Shown piece by piece: positions 18,706-26,868 of a DNA stretch of 40,294 nucleotides. Source of the DNA: Candidatus Aenigmatarchaeota archaeon. Its GTDB lineage: Archaea > Aenigmatarchaeota > Aenigmatarchaeia > Aenigmatarchaeales > JAHLMS01. Position numbers and translations under genes: made by a program. How positions within the stretch are numbered: the first letter of the stretch is position 1; every line of letters starts with the position of its first letter. The DNA is taken from assembly GCA_018920245.1 (NCBI GenBank), contig JAHLMS010000003.1:4588-44881 (forward strand), in the 5' to 3' direction. The notes below the pieces were generated by a model. It searched no databases. It saw only the letters and a program-made list of their open reading frames with translations, and had not been told where the DNA came from.

Positions 18706-18727
18706 ATATCAATAAATAATGATATAT
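18704..18727. promoter_or_regulatory. Putative ArsR operator (inverted repeat ATATATCA-N8-TGATATAT)
   Basis: Perfect 8-bp inverted repeat overlapping the ArsR start codon. Confidence 0.6.
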
Positions 18728-18928
18728 TATATAAAATTTTCTATCAGGAAACACTCAAAATTAAGCCTAAACGAAATCCCTCCATGACAAACGAACCAAA
18801 ATTGCCCCTTGATACTTATTCTTTATGGCTTACTGTGTTCGCTTGATTGAATACGCCCCTGAAATTACTTTGATTTTTTGCCCTTCGGCACCGTTGCACT
18901 TTTCCTCGGTCCCCGCTACGCTTCGACA

Positions 18929-19031
18929 CAACTAACAGCGATTTAACGGTTCCGCTCACCTGCGGTTCGCTCCACCCAAATTTTGCTCCATTTCATTTCG
19001 CAAAACTTCTTTTATCCCGAAACGTTAGGTG
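18929..19031 (+). repeat. attC-like recombination site
   Basis: CAACTAAC (R''-like, 18929-18936) ... GTTAGGT (GTTRRRY R', 19024-19030), about 100 bp apart with internal hairpins such as TTTTGC/GCAAAA. Confidence 0.65.
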
Positions 19032-19047
19032 ACGTTTGCTTTACAGC

Positions 19048-19668
19048 TCATTCTAATGCAACCTTTGCCATGCCCTTGTCCAGCAGGAGCTTCGCTGTTT
19101 CAGCAGGTAATGATATCATGTCCCCTGCTTTCATTGGGCCATAACCCACCATGTCAGTGCCAATGAACCGAGGCAGGTCGGTCAGAATGTTGAGCAATAT
19201 GTGGCCGTTCTGAGATTTAGACACAGAGGTGGCTGGCGGTTGCGGCTGTTCCTTTTTTGTTTCATCCTTCATTGCAGCGACACTCTCAATAGCTGCCGTA
19301 ACCTTGCTTTCAGCCAGAGCTGCAGGACCTATTATGCTATTGATGGTTGTGGTTCTGAATGCCGTGAGCTGGGCAACAATGCTGTCGAAGAAAGCAGCCT
19401 CGGCAGTAGTCATACCTGCTGGTGGAGGCGAGCCGCGGACAGCACGGATTGCCGCCATGACTATTTTTCGCTCTCGCCTATTTATCAGGTCTTCTATCAA
19501 CTTTTTCGCGTTATCAGCCTCGAGCAGACTCATGGTATCTTGCTTTGCCATCTTTGCAGCCAACCATGCACGTACAGACTGAAAGAAATTTTCAGGCAGC
19601 ACCTGCAGTGCTTCATCTTTCTCTGCCCTGTGGCAGGCGCGGATAGTTTCATAACTGATAAGGTCCAT
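19048..19668 (-). CDS. GINS complex subunit (Gins51/15 type)
   Basis: ISYETIR...EK...LQVLPENFF, RERKIV and C-terminal B-domain LPRFIGTDM..YGP...GD motifs; immediately downstream of the primase. Confidence 0.88.
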   Translation of the reverse strand: MDLISYETIRACHRAEKDEALQVLPENFFQSVRAWLAAKMAKQDTMSLLEADNAKKLIEDLINRRERKIVMAAIRAVRGSPPPAGMTTAEAAFFDSIVAQLTAFRTTTINSIIGPAALAESKVTAAIESVAAMKDETKKEQPQPPATSVSKSQNGHILLNILTDLPRFIGTDMVGYGPMKAGDMISLPAETAKLLLDKGMAKVALE

Positions 19669-19682
19669 AGCAATCACGCTAA

Positions 19683-20945
19683 TTATTTGATGCTCTTATT
19701 ATTAATCTTTTGTTTTGCTGCCTTTGTGCAGGATAGACGAGTGAACGCCGCCGGGTTTTTTATTCGTGCGCAGAGTTCTGTCGGCTGACATATGCCTATG
19801 GAACGGTAGAATGTGTCATTATCACAGTTCGCCGGCAAAAGATTTCTTGCTTGCCTCTTGTGCCATGCCAGCTGCGTTGATATGAAACGGTTTGGCAGAG
19901 GGCCTTTGGGATTCTTGTTGTTCCACTCATTTACAGCAATATCTATCTTTTCCCATGGCCAGTTAGCCGCACGAAGGAAAGATACGAGCGTGAAGAGCGA
20001 GCGCTTGCGACCGTCTGAGATGCCATTGCGGAGCAATCGTATGCATGGAGGAAAATGCTCTTCCGGTATTGGCGCACCTTTTTGCATAGACCTTTCTATA
20101 TTCTTTTCTTGAGGCTTGTGCTTAGCTGACCAGTCCAAAGCACTTACGAGTAGCTCTGTCGCCTCTTCCGGTTTGTTCACTAAGAACGGCCCGCCAGTTG
20201 CTCCCGGTCTGGCGTCCTCAGGCTTGAATTTTTTCAGCTTGAACAAACGTAACGGAAGTGAAACGAGCCAGGTTTTCTCATGCAGCGAATATGGTGCACG
20301 GAACAGGTGGCGCGCACCCCAATTGGACTCAATGTCCAGAAAATTCCATGGGGTTATTTCGGATATCGATGCGCCTTTTGTGAGCGCCGCCATTCCTCCT
20401 GCCTCTGCAATTAGTGCATCCATTAGTTCGTCCTCGATCTTAACCTTCAAGAAGCCCGCAATTGCTTGAGGTATCTCAGGATATCGCGCAGCACTGGGCT
20501 TGTAGTCTATGCTCGCAGGCAATGCCTTAGAGGCTATTGCAACATGAAATCCGCGTCTGCCCGAGAACTTTATTGTCGGCTTAACACCCATATCAGCGAG
20601 AAAATTACAAACCACTATTGCAGCTGTTCTTGCGTAATTGAACTCAGACTTGCTATCAATGTCAAATATGATATCGAAGCCCTTTCGTGCGGCATCCAGC
20701 TCAGCCCTGCTCAACGAAGTGGACAACGCCATAGGTGAATGCCAATGTTCAACGGAGCAGTGCCAGCTCACTATGCCGGTCCTGACCTTCGCGGCAATGT
20801 CAGATGGATATTGCAACACATCAGGCCTTTTCGAGTAGCGACCATCTCGGTAGGCACCGACCACTTCCCTGTCGCGTGCTATGTCGAGCAGTCCTTTGAT
20901 GACCTCAGGCCGCGAATAGTAGGCAAGAATCTCGGTCTGATTCAT
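19683..20945 (-). CDS. priSL: Fused DNA primase PriS-PriL
   Basis: AEP motifs FDIDSK, KFSGRRGFH and RAPYSLHEKT, followed by a PriL C-terminal Fe-S domain (FPPCI, DGRKR, ANC, GIC, LC..IKNP); start MNQTE at 20945. Confidence 0.92.
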   Translation of the reverse strand: MNQTEILAYYSRPEVIKGLLDIARDREVVGAYRDGRYSKRPDVLQYPSDIAAKVRTGIVSWHCSVEHWHSPMALSTSLSRAELDAARKGFDIIFDIDSKSEFNYARTAAIVVCNFLADMGVKPTIKFSGRRGFHVAIASKALPASIDYKPSAARYPEIPQAIAGFLKVKIEDELMDALIAEAGGMAALTKGASISEITPWNFLDIESNWGARHLFRAPYSLHEKTWLVSLPLRLFKLKKFKPEDARPGATGGPFLVNKPEEATELLVSALDWSAKHKPQEKNIERSMQKGAPIPEEHFPPCIRLLRNGISDGRKRSLFTLVSFLRAANWPWEKIDIAVNEWNNKNPKGPLPNRFISTQLAWHKRQARNLLPANCDNDTFYRSIGICQPTELCARIKNPAAFTRLSCTKAAKQKINNKSIK

Positions 20946-20997
20946 GGTCTGTAATAAAGTATAAAAGGATTTAAAATGATTACACAGATGTGATTGC

Positions 20998-21939
20998 ATG
21001 ACCATGCTGGACAAGCCTGAAAAGGATATGCGCCTGGACGGTGCTGACATCAGTGATGTTGTGGAGCAGATGTCTGTCGCTGGTGGCTTTGGTGCTACCA
21101 ACCTTGCGAGAGCAGTTGACATACTTCGGGCAATGAAAGCAGACAAAAACTGCCTCAAGTTCCTCTCTTTTCCGGCGTGCATCGTTGCTACAGGACTGCG
21201 CGGTGCAATAGCGGAGATGATTGATAAGGGTTTTGTTGACGTGATAATAACTACATGTGGTACACTGGACCACGACCTGGCCAAGGCTTGGGGCGGCAAA
21301 TACTACCATGGCGCCTTTGAGCTGGACGATGCAAAGCTCCACCGCGAGCATATCTACAGGCTTGGCAACGTGCTGATACCTAACGATGAATACGGCGGGG
21401 TTCTCGAAAAGAATATGCAACCTATACTCGAAGAGCTCGCAAAAATAAAGTCAGAATGGTCGGGGCGTGAGCTAATTGCGGAATTTGGCAAGAGGCTGAA
21501 TGATGAGAGCTCGATTGTCTGTCAGGCAGCGAGGCATAACGTTCCGATCTATGTTCCAGCCATCACAGACGGTGCTTTCGGCACCAACATTTTATGGTTC
21601 TCACAAGACCATAAATTCAAGCTCGATGTCCTCGCGGACGAGAAGGAGCTTGCTGATATTGCTTTCAAGCACAAGACAACAGGCGCGCTGATGCTAGGCG
21701 GCGGCATTTCCAAGCACCATACCATATGGTGGAACCAGTTCAAGGGTGGGCTGGATTATGCTGTTTATATAACCACAGCAACACAGTACGATGGCTCACT
21801 CTCCGGAGCGCGCCTGACCGAAGCCGTGAGCTGGGGCAAGATAAAGGAGAATGCGAAATACGTGACAGTGGACGGAGATGTAACGATAATTCTGCCGTTT
21901 ATGCTGGCTGCTCTGTATAAAGGATCTAATCCTCGCTGA
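20998..21939 (+). CDS. dys: Deoxyhypusine synthase
   Basis: GGFGA, TGLRG, TTCGTLDHD, RLGNVLIP, GGGISKHH and DGSLSGARLTEAVSWGK motifs. Confidence 0.97.
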   Translation: MTMLDKPEKDMRLDGADISDVVEQMSVAGGFGATNLARAVDILRAMKADKNCLKFLSFPACIVATGLRGAIAEMIDKGFVDVIITTCGTLDHDLAKAWGGKYYHGAFELDDAKLHREHIYRLGNVLIPNDEYGGVLEKNMQPILEELAKIKSEWSGRELIAEFGKRLNDESSIVCQAARHNVPIYVPAITDGAFGTNILWFSQDHKFKLDVLADEKELADIAFKHKTTGALMLGGGISKHHTIWWNQFKGGLDYAVYITTATQYDGSLSGARLTEAVSWGKIKENAKYVTVDGDVTIILPFMLAALYKGSNPR

Positions 21940-22672
21940 CACGCGGCGCAAGTATCATGGCTATGGAAGCATTTGCACCTTTGAATTCGAGCCGCATCGG
22001 ATAGTCTGTTGATATAGAGAGTACTCCGGTGTCTGCGATGCGTGCGGCTTTTGATATCTTCTTGAGATAATCGAGCGGATACTTCGCCTTCGCTGGCGTC
22101 TTGACATCCAGTTTTGTAAGTGCGGGACTGCCAGTTGCAAGCTTGAGTTCTGCCTTTGATGAGTCGCCTTCCGCGACCATGCGGAAACCATCATTCGAAA
22201 GCTCGAATGCAACTGCATCCGAAACTATGTCCGCATCATCTATGCCCTGGCTCAGCACTTCGGTGGCCAATTCGGCGTTCGCTGTCCAGTTGAGGTTATT
22301 TATGGGTGGTATGTCTTCGATGTTAACATCAAGCAGCGGTAGCTCAAACACCCGCCTAGAATTCCCTTCAAGAATGACCTCAAGACGGTTGTTGCCGAGC
22401 TTAAGTGTGAGCTTATCTCCAGGACCGGCACGCTTAAGCACCGTGAGGAAGTTCATCATGTTCAGGCCTGCATTGGCGAGGGCATCACATTGGTAGCTTT
22501 CAAAAGCCTCCTTGTTAATTTTAAACTCGATAACAGCGACCATTGCGCGGTCAGCAGCCATCAGCTCGATGCCTGTTGGCGTCAGCCTGAAAAGCCCCTC
22601 GTCTATCAGGCTTGCTATACAATCCACACAATCCTTGAACATTTTGGTGTCACTAAGCGTTGCTGTGAACAT
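21926..22672 (-). CDS. pcn: PCNA sliding clamp
   Basis: LIDEG, A.DRAMVA, YPLDYLKK, DYPMRLEF and LAPRV motifs; GAGGTGA SD. Confidence 0.97.
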   Translation of the reverse strand: MFTATLSDTKMFKDCVDCIASLIDEGLFRLTPTGIELMAADRAMVAVIEFKINKEAFESYQCDALANAGLNMMNFLTVLKRAGPGDKLTLKLGNNRLEVILEGNSRRVFELPLLDVNIEDIPPINNLNWTANAELATEVLSQGIDDADIVSDAVAFELSNDGFRMVAEGDSSKAELKLATGSPALTKLDVKTPAKAKYPLDYLKKISKAARIADTGVLSISTDYPMRLEFKGANASIAMILAPRVSED

Positions 22673-23018
22673 TCGATATCACCTCTTTTGCTTTTTTCCA
22701 CAACCCGAGGTCGAAGTCATCCAAGTTCTGTATAACTTCTCCTCTGCATTCGAAGCCGTCTATCAGCGGCAGCACGCGGCATATGACGCGCACGAGCTTG
22801 CCCGTTTCGATGCCTGCCAATGCCTCGGGAGAATCGAACACGATTTCGGTGCGATTCCTGCCGTCATCCAGCATAAGGCTGCTTGCCGACATGCCCAGAA
22901 CCGTGCCCATCAAACGCACGCGCACATCCTGTTCCGGGTTTATCTCGGATATGGTCCGCTCGACAGCAGGCAATCTCCTTCGTATAATCTGCTGTCCATT
23001 GAGTTTAGGTCTTTCCAT
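22653..23018 (-). CDS. Single OB-fold protein, RPA small subunit-like
   Basis: RRLPAVERTISEI..DVRVRLMGTV...LDDG OB-fold pattern; overlaps the pcn start. Confidence 0.8.
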   Translation of the reverse strand: MERPKLNGQQIIRRRLPAVERTISEINPEQDVRVRLMGTVLGMSASSLMLDDGRNRTEIVFDSPEALAGIETGKLVRVICRVLPLIDGFECRGEVIQNLDDFDLGLWKKAKEVISNVHSNA

Positions 23019-23063
23019 ATTATCTGCGTTAAACTAATAAATACACAGATAAATAGTTAACTC

Positions 23064-23861
23064 ATGGTTTTGGAATCGATATTCCCGGCAAAGAAGATAG
23101 AAAACAAGCCAGTAGACATGATACTGCTCAGCACTATTGTCTCTTTTGTCAGCGTTTTTGCAGCATCCTGGATTTATCCTTCCGGTGCAGGGATAATCTC
23201 GCCTATGCTTGTTACGATCGCAATGACACCGGTTGTCTATCGCATACTGATGCACGAGGAAGAAATCGAGGCAGCCGAGGCCGAGAAGAAGATAGATATG
23301 AATTTCTGGCAGAGGCATGGCGAAGTGGTATGGCTTTTCGCGCTGTTCTTCATTGGAAACTTCATCTCGATATTTTTCATCTCGCTCGTCTTTCCTCAAC
23401 AGTTCGTCGAACAGGCCTTTGCCCAGCAATTGGCCGATATAGCAGCTGTATCCGCGATATCGGGCGCTGCTATCACCGGCACATCACTGTTAAAACCCAT
23501 AATTGAAAACAATCTGCGTGTGATGCTATTCGCATTCGCACTATCCTTTCTGTTCGCAACAGGTGCCCTTTTTATACTGAGCTGGAATGCATCGATACTG
23601 GCGCTGTTTCTCGCAGGCTTTCTGCGCCAAGGCCTTTATTCCGAGTTTGCAACTACGACAGCAGGCATAATGCCACATGTGCCCATAGAGATGCTGGCCT
23701 ACTTCCTTGCCGGCATAGCGGGAGGCATGCTTTCAGCTGGCGTTATCCGTGAGAAGTTCATGAGCCCGGAGTTCAACCTGGTGCTTAGGGACAGCCTGTT
23801 GCTACTCGGACTTGGCTTGCTTTCCATTTTCATCGGCGGAATTGTTGAAGTATATTTGTGA
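23064..23861 (+). CDS. Stage II sporulation protein M (SpoIIM/DUF95) family membrane protein
   Basis: IIENNLRV, ILSWNAS, PHVPIEM.AY and GGIVEV motifs; multiple TM segments. Confidence 0.88.
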   Translation: MVLESIFPAKKIENKPVDMILLSTIVSFVSVFAASWIYPSGAGIISPMLVTIAMTPVVYRILMHEEEIEAAEAEKKIDMNFWQRHGEVVWLFALFFIGNFISIFFISLVFPQQFVEQAFAQQLADIAAVSAISGAAITGTSLLKPIIENNLRVMLFAFALSFLFATGALFILSWNASILALFLAGFLRQGLYSEFATTTAGIMPHVPIEMLAYFLAGIAGGMLSAGVIREKFMSPEFNLVLRDSLLLLGLGLLSIFIGGIVEVYL

Positions 23862-23896
23862 TATCTTTAAGAAATATTGGAACCGAGTTTTGCTTA

Positions 23897-24019
23897 GGGC
23901 CCGTAGTCTAGCTTGGAACCCTTTTGCTGTGCAAAAGCGTTCACGGAAAAAGGTTGGGCAATTTAGGATCCGAGGTTCGGGACCTCGAGACCCCGGTTCA
24001 AATCCGGGCGGGCCCACCA
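23897..24019 (+). tRNA. tRNA-Pro(CGG) with a ~45-nt D-loop intron (about 23917-23961)
   Basis: GGGCCCG/CGGGCCC acceptor stem, encoded ACCA, CGAGG-TTCGGGA-CCTCG anticodon arm, GGTTCAAATCC T-loop; relaxed BHB (GCTT/GGGC helix, GGA and AAT bulges). Confidence 0.92.
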
Positions 24020-24766
24020 TTATATTTTTCTAGCGAAAACAAGGAAGCCGGTATGCCCCAACATTACAGATTTTGGCCTCGTCCATGTGCGTTTGCCAAC
24101 ATGTATCTGCCAGTTGCGCTGGAGATTCTCCACGATCCTTGGTTCGGTGAAGCTCCTTTTCGTCAGCTCCCTACATACAGCCTGCACCTCTTCGACGTGC
24201 AAGCAATAGACGACGAGCCAGCCTCCAGCTTTCAGAGCCTTTTCAGCGAGCTTTATTATTTTTTCAGGTCCTTCGAGGTCCAGCGTTATCAGGTCAACGT
24301 TCCTCTCCTTTATGCCCTTTGAAATGTCGGCTAGTTTTATTGAAATGTTCTTCAATCCAGAATTCTTTATGTTCCTGCTTGCAAGTTTGTAGAACTCTTT
24401 CTTTTTCTCGTAGGTGTAAATCTTGCCCACGTAATTCGCCAGAAACAGAGAGAGGAAGCTGCTGCCCGTGCCCGCATCGACTACTACGGCATCGCGGCCT
24501 ATACCTGTCACAGCCAATATCGTGGCAGCGTCTTTGGGCAGGATGACCTGCGGTGCGCGCTTGGCGAGCTTGAACAGAAAATCAGTTACAGTAGGTTGAA
24601 CAATGCTGAAATTGTACTTGTCGATCTTGATTTTTGTTCCGAACGCCTTGCCAACAAGTTTGTCGAGCTGAACACTTCCATATTCGCAATCAAATCTGCC
24701 CTCAGCACGCACGAGATAGCTCTTAGGGCCGAGCAGCAGTATCTGTTGTTTTGGTTTTATGCGCAT
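24020..24766 (-). CDS. trmI: tRNA (adenine-57/58-N1)-methyltransferase TrmI
   Basis: KRAPQVILPKDA, DAGTGS, TLDL..P and TRP...MLGHTGFLVFARK motifs. Confidence 0.93.
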   Translation of the reverse strand: MRIKPKQQILLLGPKSYLVRAEGRFDCEYGSVQLDKLVGKAFGTKIKIDKYNFSIVQPTVTDFLFKLAKRAPQVILPKDAATILAVTGIGRDAVVVDAGTGSSFLSLFLANYVGKIYTYEKKKEFYKLASRNIKNSGLKNISIKLADISKGIKERNVDLITLDLEGPEKIIKLAEKALKAGGWLVVYCLHVEEVQAVCRELTKRSFTEPRIVENLQRNWQIHVGKRTWTRPKSVMLGHTGFLVFARKI

Positions 24767-24825
24767 GTCATAATTTTGGGCTTCTGGCATTTAAACTTTC
24801 TTAACAGTTTCTCGACATTGAAATT

Positions 24826-25053
24826 TTAAATCAGTTGTTTGAATAACGGTAATATGAAAATCAGCAGTAGCATCACACTTATCAATATCACTGTCCAGAG
24901 CAACCGCGGATCATTACCGAAGCCGAACGGTATCGGTCCAATAAAGCCACCAACGGCCCACTTTATCTCGCCACGCGAAATCGTGCCGAAAATTATCAGA
25001 ATTATTGCGATAAACAGTAGCACAATACCCGACAGCACAAGTACATTTGGCAT
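24826..25053 (-). CDS. DUF131 family small membrane protein
   Basis: GGFIGPIPFGFG motif between two TM helices. Confidence 0.85.
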   Translation of the reverse strand: MPNVLVLSGIVLLFIAIILIIFGTISRGEIKWAVGGFIGPIPFGFGNDPRLLWTVILISVMLLLIFILPLFKQLI

Positions 25054-25088
25054 ATCCTTTTATGTGCTTTGCAAATTAAAAGATACCT

Positions 25089-25931
25089 ATGTTTGAACTG
25101 CTTCGCGTCGCCATTGCCCTTGTCGGCAGCGCTGGTGCTGGACTGTGGGACCTTAAGACAACCAATATTCCTGACTGGGTCTGTGCCGTTATGATCGCCA
25201 CAGGTCTTTTATTATTCGGTATAGAAGGCGCACAGACAGGAGACTGGTCAGGTCTTACAATGTCAGTGGTTGTCGGAGGCATTTTCGCGTTATTCGGCTT
25301 GGGCATGTATCTAACAGGTCAGTGGGGCGGTGGTGATGGCGAGTTGATGGCCGCGATAGGCGTGCTATTGCCATTGTGGCCCTTTGGACAAATGTCAGTT
25401 TTTCCCATGCCGTTGGCGTTTTTCATAAACGTTTTCTTTGTCGGTGCGATATATACCGTAGGGTATGCTGCTGTCCTGGCATGTTCGAAACCCACGCTTC
25501 GGGCAGCCATATCCCACAAAGTCAAGGCGGATGCCCATATCATAGTGCCGATTAGCATAGGCGTGACAGCCGCCGTTGCTGTACTATGGTCGATGTCGGG
25601 CATGGCTTGGTTGGTTATCCTTCCCTTAGTTGTCATTGCTATGCCTATCCTTTATCGCATGTTGAATGCTGTAGAAAAAAGTTTCTATGTGAGGATACCT
25701 GCAAGCAAGCTTAAGGTTGATGATATGCTCGGTGAGGACATCCCCAGGCTTAAACTCTACAAAAAATATATCCGCGGTCTGACAGCCACTGAAGTTAAAA
25801 AAATACGCAAATACAGATCATATGTGATGATTCGTGATGGTGTGCGCTTCGGCATAGTATTTCATATAGCGCTCATTGTGACGCTCCTAGTAGGGGACAT
25901 AGTAACATTTATTTTGCCGCAGATAATGTGA
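25089..25931 (+). CDS. A24 family prepilin/preflagellin peptidase (FlaK/PibD-like)
   Basis: WDLKTTNIPD and GGGD aspartate motifs; multiple TM segments. Confidence 0.9.
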   Translation: MFELLRVAIALVGSAGAGLWDLKTTNIPDWVCAVMIATGLLLFGIEGAQTGDWSGLTMSVVVGGIFALFGLGMYLTGQWGGGDGELMAAIGVLLPLWPFGQMSVFPMPLAFFINVFFVGAIYTVGYAAVLACSKPTLRAAISHKVKADAHIIVPISIGVTAAVAVLWSMSGMAWLVILPLVVIAMPILYRMLNAVEKSFYVRIPASKLKVDDMLGEDIPRLKLYKKYIRGLTATEVKKIRKYRSYVMIRDGVRFGIVFHIALIVTLLVGDIVTFILPQIM

Positions 25932-25935
25932 TGTT

Positions 25936-26304
25936 ATGAATGGTGAGTTGCAAAGGCTCGAGGACAAGGTGAAGTTGGCAAACCTCCAGATAGACAAGCG
26001 CCTAGCGACACTCGAGATAGAGATCGAAACGCTCAAGAAGGAGGTGCGCAATATCAAGGAAGAATTTGTTGCAATGAAAAGTGGTCAAAAAGCTCCTCAG
26101 CCAATCGTACAATCAGTTACTGTTGCCGATATCAACGAACTGGCAGAACAGTTCAAGGAGTTGCGGACAGCTTTCATGGAGATGCGCCTGCGGTTGACGA
26201 ATCTTCCAGCTGAGGACCTCAAGCCAGCAATCAATGAGCTGGCAAAAAGGTTGGAAACGCTTGAGAAGCAGGTAGCAACTTCGAACCCTATTATTCTCGA
26301 ATGA
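25936..26304 (+). CDS. Hypothetical coiled-coil protein
   Basis: Heptad-rich ORF directly after the peptidase; ends PIILE. Confidence 0.75.
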   Translation: MNGELQRLEDKVKLANLQIDKRLATLEIEIETLKKEVRNIKEEFVAMKSGQKAPQPIVQSVTVADINELAEQFKELRTAFMEMRLRLTNLPAEDLKPAINELAKRLETLEKQVATSNPIILE

Positions 26305-26829
26305 TTAGCCAGCAACAATCCTACATGCACCAGGCAGTTTGGCAGATGCTCGGCGCAACGCCTCTTTAACAATATCATCCTTTCCGGCCAGTGTTCGTAC
26401 GGTCATAACCTTTTGCCATTCCTTGATGCGTGCTGCCTGGCCAATGGGCTTGCCGAATGAGTGCCTCATACCTTCTGAGAATCGGTCAGCGCCTGCGCCC
26501 GTCGCCATAGCATTCTCGCGCAGGACATGATGTGGAAACGGAAGTATCTTTAGGAAAAAGCCTGTGGCACCGAGATTCTTCTCAAGCCATTTCGTGGCAG
26601 CCATGCGTGCTGCCTCAAGGCAGTTGGAGCGCATCTGCACATCCCTGCGGCTCACGAGATGGTAGACCAAAGGCAGGTCGGCTTTGCCTGCGATATTGCC
26701 CACCTCGAATTGATGGATCTTGCTTGCTGGCACACCCTTGACATAGCTCTTTGGTGGCTTCCGCATTGATACGCGTGTCCATGGCCGTTTGGTTATTGCA
26801 TGATAACATCTGCCGGGTCGTATCGCCAT
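26305..26829 (-). CDS. rpl10e: 50S ribosomal protein L10e (uL16)
   Basis: RPGRCY, LEAARM and PHHVLRENAMATGAGADRFSEGMRHSFGKP motifs. Confidence 0.97.
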   Translation of the reverse strand: MAIRPGRCYHAITKRPWTRVSMRKPPKSYVKGVPASKIHQFEVGNIAGKADLPLVYHLVSRRDVQMRSNCLEAARMAATKWLEKNLGATGFFLKILPFPHHVLRENAMATGAGADRFSEGMRHSFGKPIGQAARIKEWQKVMTVRTLAGKDDIVKEALRRASAKLPGACRIVAG

Positions 26830-26868
26830 ATTAATCAAGTCCTGATAGCTGCTGAATGTTTATAAAGA

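Larger units (their letters stand above)
16263..19024. mobile_element. AT-rich island, probable integron-type gene cassette remnant(s)
   Basis: Sharp drop in GC relative to the flanks; interrupts the conserved GINS-L44e adjacency; bounded by attC-like elements; contains several broken genes; no integrase in the window. Confidence 0.65.

Noticed and set aside
20946-21299. 118-aa N-terminal extension of the primase ORF in the track
   Set aside because: It is the antisense shadow of dys; primase homology begins at MNQTE (20945)
23802-24033. Short ORFs on both strands here and at 32956-33542
   Set aside because: They overlap tRNA genes or tmk; MVGPPGFEPG is a typical antisense-tRNA translation
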